NCBI RefSeq assembly: GCF_003334385.1
Contig: NZ_QOWN01000025.1
DNA from: Escherichia coli
Lineage (GTDB): Bacteria > Pseudomonadota > Gammaproteobacteria > Enterobacterales > Enterobacteriaceae
Length of the DNA stretch: 64,000 bases
Strand: one strand, 5' to 3'
In this document: positions 1 through 11,158 of the stretch, in pieces
Numbering within the stretch: the stretch's first letter is position 1
How the letters are laid out: the number at the start of each line of letters is the position of its first letter
Notes under the pieces: generated by a model
What the model saw: the letters and a program-made list of their open reading frames with translations, nothing else
Told to the model about the DNA's origin: nothing
Databases searched by the model: none
Translations under genes and position numbers: made by a program

Positions 1-63
1 TTATCGTGAGAGTAATTCATCGGCACGTTAAATCATATCAGGCGTAATACCACAACCCTTAAG

Positions 64-666
64 TTAGCGCTTATGGGGATCCTCCCCGCCATTGGCAAAC
101 CAGCTTGCGGCAAGGCGCTGTTTTTCTTTCATCTGACGTTGCAGGCTATCACCGGTGATCAGCCGTAACGCCTGATTCGGGCAAGCGCGAACGCAGGCCG
201 GACCTTCTGGCAAGAAATCACACAGGTCGCATTTCACCGCGACGGTCTGGACACCAGGTTCCCAGCGCAGCAAAGCATGTTGTGTTGGCGCGTTTTCTTC
301 GCCGTCTTTGAGTGAGCCTTCAGCCTGAAAAACATATTGCGCATGGGCATTCACCGGACGGCTTCCTGAAGCGCTGATTGCGCCAAATGGGCAGACCACG
401 GCGCAAAGCTTGCAGCCAATACAGAGGCTTTCGTTGAGTTGGATCGCATCATCCCTCTGAGAGATGGCATTGACCGGGCAGACCTGCAGGCAAGGGGCTT
501 CCTCACAGTGATGACACACGACAGGGGCAGTGATTGTTGACGTCTTCGCCAGGGCCAGGCGCGGGTGTTGCTGTAAACCTTGCGTTTTATGCACGTCCGA
601 ACAGGCAGCGAGACAGGTATTACATCCTGTACACCACAGTGGTTCGGCCACCACAAAGCGGTTCAT
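64..666 (-). CDS. hyfA: hydrogenase-4 component A, 4Fe-4S ferredoxin-type subunit
   Basis: ORF 64..705; ATG at 666 preceded by AAGGAG gives MNRFVVAEP...; several CxxCxxCxxxCP iron-sulfur motifs; lies downstream of bcp as in the E. coli hyf locus. Confidence 0.85.
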   Translation of the reverse strand: MNRFVVAEPLWCTGCNTCLAACSDVHKTQGLQQHPRLALAKTSTITAPVVCHHCEEAPCLQVCPVNAISQRDDAIQLNESLCIGCKLCAVVCPFGAISASGSRPVNAHAQYVFQAEGSLKDGEENAPTQHALLRWEPGVQTVAVKCDLCDFLPEGPACVRACPNQALRLITGDSLQRQMKEKQRLAASWFANGGEDPHKR

Positions 667-707
667 GTCGGCTCCTTGAAAATGATATGAAACATTGCAT
701 TTCATAT

Positions 708-723
708 TGCATAAAGGATGCCA
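708..723 (-). promoter_or_regulatory. candidate sigma54 (-24/-12) promoter for hyfA
   Basis: minus-strand reading TGGCATCCTTTATGCA matches the TGGCAC-N5-TTGCA spacing (GG and GC 10 nt apart), about 40 nt upstream of the hyfA ATG; hyf is known to be sigma54-dependent. Confidence 0.4.
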
Positions 724-918
724 TTCTGATTAACTCAATATATTCAATAAGTTATGTATTAACTGGATTCTGAACGGTACAAAAATGATGGTCATTAACG
801 TTCAGCAAAAAATGGATTCGACACCCGTGTCGCAGGGGAAAGCGAGAATGTGATCTTGATCACGAGAAGTGAGGTATGCTGGCCGCAAGCGCAGCCAGCA
901 CGGAATGGAGCAAAGTAA

Positions 919-1389
919 TCAGGCGTGTTCTTTCAGCCAGTTCAGCACAACGTCGTGGTGATTGCTGGTTTTGAAATCGTCAAAGACATGTTCGATTTTG
1001 CCATCAGCGTCAATCAGGAAGCTGATGCGATGAATGCCATCGTAGGTTTTGCCCATGAAGGACTTTTCACCCCAGACGCCGAATTGTTCGCACACCTGGT
1101 GGTCCTCATCAGACAGGAGCGTAAAGTTAAGCAGCTCTTTTTCCGCAAAACGGGAGAGTTTTTCGGGTTTATCGGTGCTGATACCCAGCACATCAACGCC
1201 CGCTTTTTTCAACTCATCCATGTTATCGCGTAAGCCGCAGGCCTGTACGGTACAGCCGGGGGTCATGGCTTTCGGGTAGAAATAAACCAGAACACGCTGT
1301 CCCTGGAAGTCGGTCAAATTAACTTGTTCTCCGTCTTGATCCGGCAAGCTAAATTTCGGTGCGATATCACCGGCTTTCAGTGGATTCAT
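919..1389 (-). CDS. bcp: thiol peroxidase / peroxiredoxin Bcp
   Basis: 156-aa ORF, AhpC/TSA-like with TPGCT active-site Cys motif; matches E. coli Bcp length. Confidence 0.9.
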   Translation of the reverse strand: MNPLKAGDIAPKFSLPDQDGEQVNLTDFQGQRVLVYFYPKAMTPGCTVQACGLRDNMDELKKAGVDVLGISTDKPEKLSRFAEKELLNFTLLSDEDHQVCEQFGVWGEKSFMGKTYDGIHRISFLIDADGKIEHVFDDFKTSNHHDVVLNWLKEHA

Positions 1390-1961
1390 TACTTAACTCC
1401 ATCCTGTTCATCATGTTGGGAATAATTGACGACGTTAATACTGCCTTGTGCATTGAGTTCTGTACATAGGGCTTTGAACGCTTGCTCAATATTTGCTGCG
1501 TCCGCAGATGCGGGGCTGTGGGCGGTTATCTGAATATGCAACTGCGCAGCCCGTTCATTTTCAGCAGGTTGCGTGCGCGACACCAGCTCCGCAATGTTCA
1601 TATGATGCGCGTCGAAAAGTGCTGTGAAGCGTTCAATTAAATGCGGGGAGTCTGCCACATCGACCTGAACCCAGACAGATGCTGGCATTGGCGGACGCGG
1701 ACGCGCCGTCGTGCGCTTCATCACGATTAAAAGATCCAGTTCGGCACCTTTCAACGGTAACGTTGATTCAATCAGAGTAATGGCATTCCATGAACCGGAA
1801 AGCAGCATAATAAACGTGAACTCTTCTCCCAGCATCGCCAGGCGACTGTCTTCAATATTACAGCCGCAACTACTGACATGACGGGTGATGGTGTTCACAA
1901 TTCCAGGGCGATCGGCACCCAACGCAGTGATCACCAGATAATGTTGCGATGACAGTGTCAA
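1389..1961 (-). CDS. gcvR: glycine cleavage system transcriptional repressor
   Basis: ORF 1389..2027; TTG start at 1961 with AAGGA RBS gives (M)TLSSQHYLVITALGADRPGIV (190 aa, ACT domains); stop overlaps the bcp ATG. Confidence 0.85.
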   Translation of the reverse strand: MTLSSQHYLVITALGADRPGIVNTITRHVSSCGCNIEDSRLAMLGEEFTFIMLLSGSWNAITLIESTLPLKGAELDLLIVMKRTTARPRPPMPASVWVQVDVADSPHLIERFTALFDAHHMNIAELVSRTQPAENERAAQLHIQITAHSPASADAANIEQAFKALCTELNAQGSINVVNYSQHDEQDGVK

Positions 1962-2106
1962 ACTGGTTATTCCTTTAAGGGGTGAGTTGTTCTTAAGGAA
2001 AGCATAAAAAAAACATGCATACAACAATCAGAACGGTTCTGTCTGCTTGCTTTTAATGCCATACCAAACGTACCATTGAGACACTTGTTTGCACAGAGGA
2101 TGGCCC

Positions 2107-2985
2107 ATGTTCACGGGAAGTATTGTCGCGATTGTTACTCCGATGGATGAAAAAGGTAATGTCTGTCGGGCTAGCTTGAAAAAACTGATTGATTATCATG
2201 TCGCCAGCGGTACTTCGGCGATCGTTTCTGTTGGCACCACTGGCGAGTCCGCTACCTTAAATCATGACGAACATGCTGATGTGGTGATGATGACGCTGGA
2301 TCTGGCTGATGGGCGCATTCCGGTAATTGCCGGGACCGGCGCTAACGCTACTGCGGAAGCCATTAGCCTGACGCAGCGCTTCAATGACAGTGGTATCGTC
2401 GGCTGCCTGACGGTAACCCCTTACTACAATCGTCCGTCGCAAGAAGGTTTGTATCAGCATTTCAAAGCCATCGCTGAGCATACTGACCTGCCGCAAATTC
2501 TGTATAATGTGCCGTCCCGTACTGGCTGCGATCTGCTCCCGGAAACGGTGGGCCGTCTGGCGAAAGTAAAAAATATTATCGGAATCAAAGAGGCAACAGG
2601 GAACTTAACGCGTGTAAACCAGATCAAAGAGCTGGTTTCAGATGATTTTGTTCTGCTGAGCGGCGATGATGCGAGCGCGCTGGACTTCATGCAATTGGGC
2701 GGTCATGGGGTTATTTCCGTTACGGCTAACGTCGCAGCGCGTGATATGGCCCAGATGTGCAAACTGGCAGCAGAAGGGCATTTTGCCGAGGCACGCGTTA
2801 TTAATCAGCGTCTGATGCCATTACACAACAAACTATTTGTCGAACCCAATCCAATCCCGGTGAAATGGGCATGTAAGGAACTGGGTCTTGTGGCGACCGA
2901 TACGCTGCGCCTGCCAATGACACCAATCACCGACAGTGGTCGTGAGACGGTCAGAGCGGCGCTTAAGCATGCCGGTTTGCTGTAA
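2107..2985 (+). CDS. dapA: 4-hydroxy-tetrahydrodipicolinate synthase
   Basis: ORF 2089..2985; internal ATG at 2107 gives [17 protein letters not shown] (292 aa). Confidence 0.9.
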
Positions 2986-3001
2986 AGTTTAGGGAGATTT
3001 G

Positions 3002-4036
3002 ATGGCTTACTCTGTTCAAAAGTCGCGCCTGGCAAAGGTTGCGGGTGTTTCGCTTGTTTTATTACTCGCTGCCTGTAGTTCTGACTCACGCTATAAGCGT
3101 CAGGTCAGTGGTGATGAAGCCTACCTGGAAGCGGCACCGCTTGCGGAGCTTCATGCCCCGGCTGGAATGATTTTGCCGGTGACCTCCGGTGATTATGCAA
3201 TCCCGGTGACCAACGGTAGTGGTGCTGTCGGTAAGGCGCTGGACATTCGTCCACCAGCCCAGCCGCTGGCACTGGTTTCTGGCGCGCGTACCCAGTTCAC
3301 GGGCGATACCGCTTCATTGCTGGTGGAAAATGGTCGTGGCAATACTCTGTGGCCGCAGGTGGTTAGCGTGCTGCAGGCGAAAAACTACACCATCACCCAA
3401 CGTGATGATGCTGGTCAGACACTGACCACCGATTGGGTACAATGGAACCGTCTGGACGAAGACGAGCAGTATCGTGGTCGTTATCAAATCTCTGTTAAGC
3501 CGCAGGGTTATCAGCAGGCGGTTACGGTTAAACTGCTGAACCTGGAACAGGCGGGCAAACCGGTTGCAGACGCGGCTTCCATGCAGCGTTACAGCACGGA
3601 GATGATGAACGTTATTTCCGCCGGTCTGGATAAATCTGCCACTGACGCCGCGAACGCTGCGCAAAATCGTGCCTCCACCACTATGGACGTACAAAGTGCA
3701 GCTGATGACACCGGTTTACCAATGCTGGTCGTACGCGGGCCGTTCAATGTGGTTTGGCAACGTCTGCCAGCGGCGCTGGAAAAAGTGGGCATGAAAGTGA
3801 CCGACAGCACCCGTTCGCAGGGCAACATGGCCGTAACTTATAAGCCGCTGTCTGACAGCGACTGGCAGGAACTGGGCGCGAGCGATCCAGGCCTGGCATC
3901 CGGTGACTATAAACTGCAGGTTGGCGATTTAGATAACCGCAGCAGCCTACAGTTCATCGATCCGAAAGGTCATACTCTGACTCAGAGTCAGAACGACGCG
4001 CTGGTAGCTGTCTTCCAGGCTGCGTTTAGCAAGTAA
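3002..4036 (+). CDS. bamC: outer membrane protein assembly lipoprotein BamC (NlpB)
   Basis: 344 aa from ATG 3002; signal peptide with lipobox LLAAC; immediately downstream of dapA. Confidence 0.9.
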
Positions 4037-4043
4037 AAATACA

Positions 4044-4070
4044 GGGCTGGAATCATCCGGCCCTTTTTTC
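4044..4070 (+). terminator. rho-independent terminator after dapA-bamC
   Basis: GGGCTGG...CCGGCCC stem followed by TTTTTT, 8 nt after the bamC stop. Confidence 0.5.
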
Positions 4071-4079
4071 TGATATGAT

Positions 4080-4095
4080 ACGCAAACGTGTGCGT
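4080..4095. promoter_or_regulatory. PurR operator (pur box) upstream of purC
   Basis: ACGCAAACGTGTGCGT is a near-palindromic match to the pur-box consensus ACGCAAACGTTTGCGT, about 155 nt upstream of the purC ATG. Confidence 0.55.
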
Positions 4096-4139
4096 CTGCA
4101 GGAAAACGCGATTTTAGCGGTAATTCGCACGAAATTTGT

Positions 4140-4195
4140 TTGTCGGACGTAGTTCGGATAAGGCGTTTACGCCGCATCCGACAAAACATCCGGCA
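4140..4195. repeat. REP (repetitive extragenic palindromic) element
   Basis: CGGATAAGGCGTTTACGCCGCATCCG core. Confidence 0.6.
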
Positions 4196-4248
4196 CACCA
4201 GACAGCAAAAGATTTTAAAACGTTAATTCACACCCAGGAGTGATAAAG

Positions 4249-4962
4249 ATGCAAAAGCAAGCTGAGTTGTATCGTGGTAAAGCGAAAACCGTATACAGCA
4301 CGGAAAACCCGGACCTGTTGGTGCTCGAATTCCGCAATGATACGTCAGCAGGGGATGGCGCGCGCATTGAGCAGTTTGATCGCAAAGGTATGGTGAACAA
4401 CAAGTTCAACTACTTCATTATGAGCAAACTGGCTGAAGCGGGTATCCCGACTCAAATGGAGCGTCTGCTCTCCGATACCGAATGTCTGGTGAAAAAGCTG
4501 GATATGGTGCCGGTTGAGTGTGTCGTGCGTAACCGTGCTGCTGGCTCTCTGGTGAAACGTCTTGGAATCGAAGAAGGTATTGAGCTGAACCCGCCGCTGT
4601 TCGATCTGTTCCTGAAAAACGACGCCATGCACGATCCGATGGTCAACGAATCTTACTGCGAAACCTTTGGCTGGGTGAGCAAAGAGAACCTGGCGCGTAT
4701 GAAAGAGCTGACCTACAAAGCGAACGACGTGCTGAAAAAACTGTTCGATGATGCTGGTCTGATTCTGGTCGACTTCAAGCTGGAATTTGGTCTGTACAAA
4801 GGCGAAGTGGTACTGGGTGATGAGTTCTCCCCGGACGGTAGCCGCCTGTGGGACAAAGAAACGCTGGAGAAAATGGACAAAGACCGTTTCCGCCAGAGCC
4901 TCGGTGGCCTGATCGAAGCCTATGAAGCCGTCGCCCGCCGCCTGGGTGTACAGCTGGACTGA
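4249..4962 (+). CDS. purC: phosphoribosylaminoimidazole-succinocarboxamide synthase
   Basis: 237 aa from ATG 4249 ([18 protein letters not shown]), AGGAG RBS. Confidence 0.9.
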
Positions 4963-4978
4963 TTTTTCTGTTCATCAT

Positions 4979-5003
4979 CTTGCCGTGCAGCTGGCACGGC
5001 AAG
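4979..5003 (+). terminator. perfect 10-bp stem hairpin downstream of purC (no T-tract)
   Basis: CTTGCCGTGC-AGCTG-GCACGGCAAG, 17 nt after the purC stop; lack of a U-tract makes terminator function uncertain. Confidence 0.3.
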
Positions 5004-5129
5004 ACAACCGCTCTCGGAATATATGCATTGAACGCTCATTCCTCCGCCATTTCATCCCGCTTTCCTGTGGTAATCTTCCTCTGAACCACCTACGATCATT
5101 TCTATAATGAATATATTGTTGAGGTATCT

Positions 5130-5993
5130 ATGCGTTGGCAAGGGCGACGTGAAAGTGACAATGTTGAAGACAGGCGCAACAGCTCTGGTGGTCCATCTAT
5201 GGGCGGTCCCGGTTTTCGCCTGCCAAGCGGTAAAGGCGGGCTGATTTTACTGATAGTCGTGCTGGTTGCAGGCTACTATGGTGTTGATTTAACCGGGTTG
5301 ATGACCGGGCAGCCGGTTTCCCAACAACAATCAACGCGGTCAATTAGCCCAAATGAAGACGAAGCCGCAAAATTCACCTCGGTGATTCTGGCAACCACGG
5401 AAGACACCTGGGGACAACAGTTCGAGAAGATGGGTAAGACCTATCAGCAACCGAAGCTGGTCATGTACCGTGGAATGACGCGTACCGGCTGCGGGGCGGG
5501 CCAGTCCATAATGGGGCCGTTCTATTGCCCGGCGGATGGCACGGTTTATATCGATCTCTCCTTCTATGATGACATGAAAGACAAACTTGGCGCGGATGGC
5601 GATTTTGCCCAGGGGTACGTTATCGCCCATGAAGTCGGTCATCATGTGCAGAAACTGTTAGGCATCGAGCCGAAAGTTCGTCAACTGCAACAAAACGCGA
5701 CGCAGGCGGAAGTAAACCGCTTATCTGTGCGTATGGAACTCCAGGCCGACTGTTTTGCCGGTGTCTGGGGGCATAGTATGCAGCAGCAAGGCGTTCTGGA
5801 AACCGGCGATCTGGAAGAGGCGCTGAACGCGGCGCAGGCCATCGGCGATGACCGTTTACAACAGCAAAGTCAGGGGCGAGTAGTACCAGACAGTTTCACT
5901 CATGGCACTTCTCAGCAACGCTACAGCTGGTTTAAACGTGGTTTCGACAGCGGCGATCCGGCACAATGCAATACTTTTGGTAAAAGCATTTAA
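5130..5993 (+). CDS. ypfJ: predicted membrane-anchored zinc metallopeptidase (YpfJ family)
   Basis: 287 aa; N-terminal hydrophobic helix [15 protein letters not shown]; HExxH motif in [10 protein letters not shown]. Confidence 0.85.
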
Positions 5994-6007
5994 CTTCCGG
6001 GGCAGGG

Positions 6008-8023
6008 ATGGCTGAACTGACTGCGCTTCACACATTAACAGCGCAAATGAAACGTGAAGGGATCCGCCGCTTGCTGGTGTTGAGCGGGGAAGAGGGTTGG
6101 TGTTTTGAGCATACTCTTAAGTTGCGTGATGCCTTACCTGGCGACTGGCTGTGGATTTCGCCGCGGCCAGATGCTGAAAACCACTGTTCTCCCTCGGCAC
6201 TACAAACTTTACTTGGGCGCGAGTTCCGGCATGCGGTATTCGACGCCCGCCACGGCTTTGATGCCGCTGCCTTTGCCGCACTTAGCGGAACGTTGAAAGC
6301 GGGAAGCTGGCTGGTTTTGTTACTCCCTGTATGGGAAGAGTGGGAAAACCAACCTGATGCCGACTCGCTGCGCTGGAGTGATTGCCCTGACCCTATTGCG
6401 ACGCCGCATTTTGTCCAGCATCTCAAACGCGTACTTACGGCGGATAACGAGGCTATCCTCTGGCGGCAAAACCAGCCATTCTCGTTGGCGCATTTTACTC
6501 CCCGTACTGACTGGTACCCCGCGACTGGCGCACCACAACCAGAACAACAGCAACTCTTAAAGCAGCTAATGACCATGCCGCCGGGCGTGGCAGCGGTAAC
6601 GGCTGCGCGTGGGCGCGGTAAGTCGGCGTTGGCAGGGCAACTCATTTCTCGTATTGCGGGCAGAGCGATTGTCACCGCGCCCGCAAAAGCGTCAACGGAT
6701 GTACTGGCACAATTTGCGGGCGAGAAGTTTCGCTTTATTGCGCCGGATGCCTTGTTAGCCAGCGATGAGCAAGCCGACTGGCTGGTGGTCGATGAAGCCG
6801 CAGCCATACCTGCGCCATTGTTGCATCAACTGGTATCGCGTTTTCCTCGAACGTTGTTAACCACTACGGTGCAGGGCTACGAAGGCACCGGACGTGGTTT
6901 TTTGCTGAAATTTTGCGCTCGCTTTCCGCATTTACACCGTTTTGAACTGCAACAGCCGATCCGCTGGGCGCAGGGATGCCCGCTGGAAAAAATGGTCAGC
7001 GAGGCACTGGTTTTTGACGATGAAAACTTCACCCATACACCACAAGGCAATATTGTCATTTCCGCATTTGAACAGACGTTATGGCAAAGCGATCCAGAAA
7101 CGCCGTTAAAGGTTTATCAGCTCTTGTCTGGTGCGCACTATCGGACTTCGCCGCTGGATTTACGCCGGATGATGGATGCACCAGGGCAACATTTTTTACA
7201 GGCGGCTGGCGAAAACGAGATTGCCGGGGCGCTGTGGCTGGTGGATGAGGGTGGATTATCTCAACAACTCAGTCAGGCGGTATGGGCAGGTTTTCGTCGC
7301 CCGCGGGGTAATCTGGTGGCCCAGTCGCTGGCGGCGCACGGCAACAATCCACTGGCGGCGACATTGCGTGGACGGCGGGTCAGCCGGATAGCAGTTCATC
7401 CGGCTCGTCAGCGGGAAGGCACAGGGCGGCAACTTATTGCTGGTGCTTTGCAATATACGCAAGACCTCGACTATCTTTCGGTGAGTTTTGGTTACACCGG
7501 GGAGTTATGGCGTTTCTGGCAACGCTGCGGTTTTGTGCTGGTGCGGATGGGTAATCATCGGGAAGCCAGCAGCGGTTGCTATACGGCGATGGCGCTGTTA
7601 CCGATGAGTGATGCGGGTAAACAGCTGGCTGAACGTGAGCATTACCGTTTACGTCGCGATGCGCAAGCTCTCGCGCAGTGGAATGGCGAAACGCTTCCTG
7701 TTGATCCACTAAACGATGCCGTCCTTTCTGACGACGACTGGCTTGAACTGGCCGGTTTTGCTTTCGCTCATCGTCCGCTATTAACGTCGTTAGGTTGCTT
7801 ATTGCGTCTGTTACAAACCAGTGAACTGGCATTACCGGCGCTGCGTGGGCGTTTACAGAAAAACGCCAGTGATGCGCAGTTATGTACCACACTTAAACTT
7901 TCAGGCCGCAAGATGTTACTGGTCCGTCAGCGGGAAGAGGCCGCGCAGGCGCTGTTCGCACTTAATGATGTTCGCACTGAGCGTCTGCGCGATCGCATAA
8001 CGCAATGGCAATTATTTCACTGA
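6008..8023 (+). CDS. tmcA: tRNA(Met) cytidine acetyltransferase
   Basis: 671 aa; Walker A-like TAARGRGKS; C-terminal GNAT-like region; matches E. coli TmcA length and position. Confidence 0.9.
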   Translation: MAELTALHTLTAQMKREGIRRLLVLSGEEGWCFEHTLKLRDALPGDWLWISPRPDAENHCSPSALQTLLGREFRHAVFDARHGFDAAAFAALSGTLKAGSWLVLLLPVWEEWENQPDADSLRWSDCPDPIATPHFVQHLKRVLTADNEAILWRQNQPFSLAHFTPRTDWYPATGAPQPEQQQLLKQLMTMPPGVAAVTAARGRGKSALAGQLISRIAGRAIVTAPAKASTDVLAQFAGEKFRFIAPDALLASDEQADWLVVDEAAAIPAPLLHQLVSRFPRTLLTTTVQGYEGTGRGFLLKFCARFPHLHRFELQQPIRWAQGCPLEKMVSEALVFDDENFTHTPQGNIVISAFEQTLWQSDPETPLKVYQLLSGAHYRTSPLDLRRMMDAPGQHFLQAAGENEIAGALWLVDEGGLSQQLSQAVWAGFRRPRGNLVAQSLAAHGNNPLAATLRGRRVSRIAVHPARQREGTGRQLIAGALQYTQDLDYLSVSFGYTGELWRFWQRCGFVLVRMGNHREASSGCYTAMALLPMSDAGKQLAEREHYRLRRDAQALAQWNGETLPVDPLNDAVLSDDDWLELAGFAFAHRPLLTSLGCLLRLLQTSELALPALRGRLQKNASDAQLCTTLKLSGRKMLLVRQREEAAQALFALNDVRTERLRDRITQWQLFH

Positions 8024-8096
8024 CTCCTTCAATTTTATCTCATGGTCATTGTGAGTCAGCGGCGTAAAATTAATGACATCAGTTAAGGAGTTCGCC

Positions 8097-8795
8097 ATGA
8101 AACATGACCATTTTGTTGTTCAAAGCCCGGATAAACCTGCGCAACAGTTGTTACTGCTTTTCCACGGTGTCGGGGATAACCCGGTGGCAATGGGGGAAAT
8201 AGGCAACTGGTTTGCACCGCTGTTTCCTGATGCGCTGGTGGTGAGTGTCGGTGGCGCGGAGCCGAGCGGTAATCCGGCGGGGCGTCAGTGGTTTTCGGTG
8301 CAGGGTATTACGGAAGATAATCGCCAGGCGCGTGTGGATGCGATCATGCCGACGTTTATTGAAACGGTGCGCTACTGGCAGAAACAGAGCGGAGTAGGGG
8401 CTAACGCCACGGCGCTCATCGGTTTCTCTCAAGGCGCGATTATGGTGCTGGAGAGCATTAAAGCCGAACCGGGCCTTGCTTCACGCGTCATTGCTTTTAA
8501 CGGACGCTATGCGAGCCTGCCGGAAACTGCGTCTACAGCCACGACAATTCACCTGATTCATGGCGGTGAAGATCCGGTTATCGATCTGGCGCATGCGGTT
8601 GCGGCGCAGGAAGCGTTAATCAGTGCCGGTGGTGACGTGACGCTGGATATCGTGGAGGATTTAGGCCATGCGATCGACAATCGCAGTATGCAATTTGCCC
8701 TGGATCACTTGCGTTATACCATTCCGAAACATTATTTCGACGAAGCGCTAAGTGGCGGTAAGCCTGGCGATGATGATGTGATTGAAATGATGTAA
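8097..8795 (+). CDS. ypfH: esterase YpfH (alpha/beta hydrolase)
   Basis: ORF 8073..8795; ATG 8097 with AAGGAG RBS gives MKHDHFVVQSP (232 aa); GFSQG nucleophile-elbow motif. Confidence 0.85.
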   Translation: MKHDHFVVQSPDKPAQQLLLLFHGVGDNPVAMGEIGNWFAPLFPDALVVSVGGAEPSGNPAGRQWFSVQGITEDNRQARVDAIMPTFIETVRYWQKQSGVGANATALIGFSQGAIMVLESIKAEPGLASRVIAFNGRYASLPETASTATTIHLIHGGEDPVIDLAHAVAAQEALISAGGDVTLDIVEDLGHAIDNRSMQFALDHLRYTIPKHYFDEALSGGKPGDDDVIEMM

Positions 8796-8809
8796 AAGAC
8801 AGATTACCT

Positions 8810-8893
8810 GGCCTGATAAGACGCGTGAGCGTCGCATCAGGCATCGTTCACCATTGCCGGATGCGGCGTTAACGCCTTATCCGGCCTACGGTT
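8810..8893. repeat. pair of inverted REP elements (BIME)
   Basis: GCCTGATAAGACGCGTGAGCGTCGCATCAGGC and GCCGGATGCGGCGTTAACGCCTTATCCGGCCTAC between convergent ypfH and ypfN. Confidence 0.6.
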
Positions 8894-8904
8894 GAGCACT
8901 CAGC

Positions 8905-9105
8905 TTACTTCTTCGGTTGATCCTTTTTCGGCCAGTCGTCGTCATCGTCCCACTTATCGTTGAAATCACGATGCGGGGGAAGCTCCGGCTTGTTGGCGAG
9001 AAATTTCTTATGGTCGACGCGCTTGAGATCTTTAATCACGTTCAGCAGGACGCCTACCAAAAAGACAATCACCAGAATCCACCAATATTTAGCCAGCCAG
9101 TCCAT
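8905..9105 (-). CDS. ypfN: small inner-membrane protein YpfN
   Basis: 66 aa from ATG 9105 ([24 protein letters not shown]...), single TM helix then acidic tail. Confidence 0.75.
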
Positions 9106-9132
9106 GCTTATTTCCTCTTGCAGAACCACTCA

Positions 9133-10260
9133 TCAGGCGACGAGCTGTTCCATGATACGTTGATACATACGGGCAAGTAGCTGCAGGTCGGCAGCGTTCA
9201 CACATTCATTAATTTTATGAATAGTGGCATTGACCGGCCCGAGTTCCACCACCTGCGCCCCCATGCGGGCAATAAAGCGCCCGTCGGACGTTCCGCCTGT
9301 GGTCAGTAGCTGCGGTTTAATTTCATTATAGTGCTCAACCGCGTTAACGACCGCATCCACCAGTTTACCGCGCGCGGTCAAAAATGGCTGCCCGGAAAGC
9401 CACCAATCCACCGTATAGCGCAGTTGATGTTTTTCAAGCAGGGCAAGCACCTGCGCTTTGATCATCTCATCAGTCAGTTCGGTGCTGAAGCGGAAGTTAA
9501 ACTGCACAAACAGTTCACCCGGAATAACGTTGTTACTGCCCGTTCCCGCCTGAATATTGGCAATCTGCATACTGGTCGCCGGGAAGAATTCATTGCCCTG
9601 ATCCCACTCAATAGCCACTAATTCATTAAGGAAAGGTGCTGCGCGATGTACCGGATTGTCAGCCAGATGTGGGTAGGCAACATGCCCCTGAACGCCATGA
9701 ATGGTAAGGTTGCAGGTTAATGATCCGCGACGACCATTTTTCACCACATCACCTACCACTTCGATACTCGACGGTTCGCCAACCAGGCAGTAATCGAGAC
9801 GCTCATTACGTGCCATTAACGCTTCGACGACTTTTACCGTACCGTTGTGGGCACTGGCTTCTTCATCAGAGGTGATCAGAAATGCCAGTCGCCCCGTATG
9901 GTTGGGATGTTGTGCGACAAAACGTTCTGCCGCCACCACCATCGCCGCCAGCGAGCCTTTCATATCTGCCGCACCGCGCCCGAATAACATGCCGTCACGA
10001 ATGGTGGGTTCAAACGGGGGATTGATCCAACGATCGGCGTCGCCAGGCGGCACCACGTCGGTATGCCCGGCAAAGGCTAACGTTTCACCCTGCCCACGCC
10101 ATGCCCAAAAATTCTGCGTATCGGCAAAGTCCATGCGTTCAACGGTAAAACCGATCGCCTGCAAACGTTCAATCAACAAAGCCTGGCATCCTGCATCATC
10201 AGGACTCAGGGAAGGGCGGCGAATAAGCTGTTGTGTCAGCTCAATAACCGGGCACGACAT
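9133..10260 (-). CDS. dapE: succinyl-diaminopimelate desuccinylase
   Basis: 375 aa M20 peptidase family. Confidence 0.9.
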
Positions 10261-10263
10261 AGA

Positions 10264-10638
<375 letters not shown>

Positions 10639-11000
10639 TTATGAGAATAAATACTCATTTAAGGGTGAAAACATTTTGCCTGCAAATGATTATCAGGAAA
10701 TATAACATTATCGAAGTATTCAAATTAACAACTATTAAATAATATTAAACATTTTTAACGTAAACATTAAGAATATTCATCTTGTTATCTGTCTGTATTT
10801 TAACCAGAATTAAATCAGTATTAGATGCCGTATGAATATCTCGAAATGTTGCTGTGTATCACATACAAATCATCACCGCAGGACCATAGTATTTACATAA
10901 GATTTGTCCCCCGGAGGTAGTCATCGCAGCAATCGAGTAAATTAGCTTCACCACGGTATATTGTTTCCGTAGAATACCCATAATTATAAGAGAGGTTGTT

Positions 11001-11060
11001 ATGATTGAACGTGAACTGGGGAACTGGAAAGACTTTATCGAAGTTATGCTTCGTAAGTAA
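11001..11060 (+). CDS. ypfM: 19-aa small protein YpfM
   Basis: ATG 11001 to TAA 11060 encodes MIERELGNWKDFIEVMLRK; AGAGAGG RBS 6 nt upstream; not in the ORF track because it is too short. Confidence 0.6.
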   Translation: MIERELGNWKDFIEVMLRK

Positions 11061-11120
11061 TTCCTGAGACAAAGTACAAACAGCAAGAACCCGCTGAGCA
11101 GGTTCTTAATCGGAAAGTTG

Positions 11121-11153
11121 AAAAAGGCGACACATTGGCATGTCGCCTTTTTT
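11121..11153. terminator. bidirectional rho-independent terminator (ypfM / acrD)
   Basis: AAAAAGGCGACA-CATTGGCA-TGTCGCCTTTTTT, a 7-bp GC stem flanked by an A-run and a T-run, 5 nt from the acrD stop. Confidence 0.55.
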
Positions 11154-11158
11154 ATTGC

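Noticed and set aside
1-63. Start of hyfB at the window edge (minus strand)
   Set aside because: Fewer than about 20 codons are available and the start codon cannot be fixed, so it is not called as a feature.
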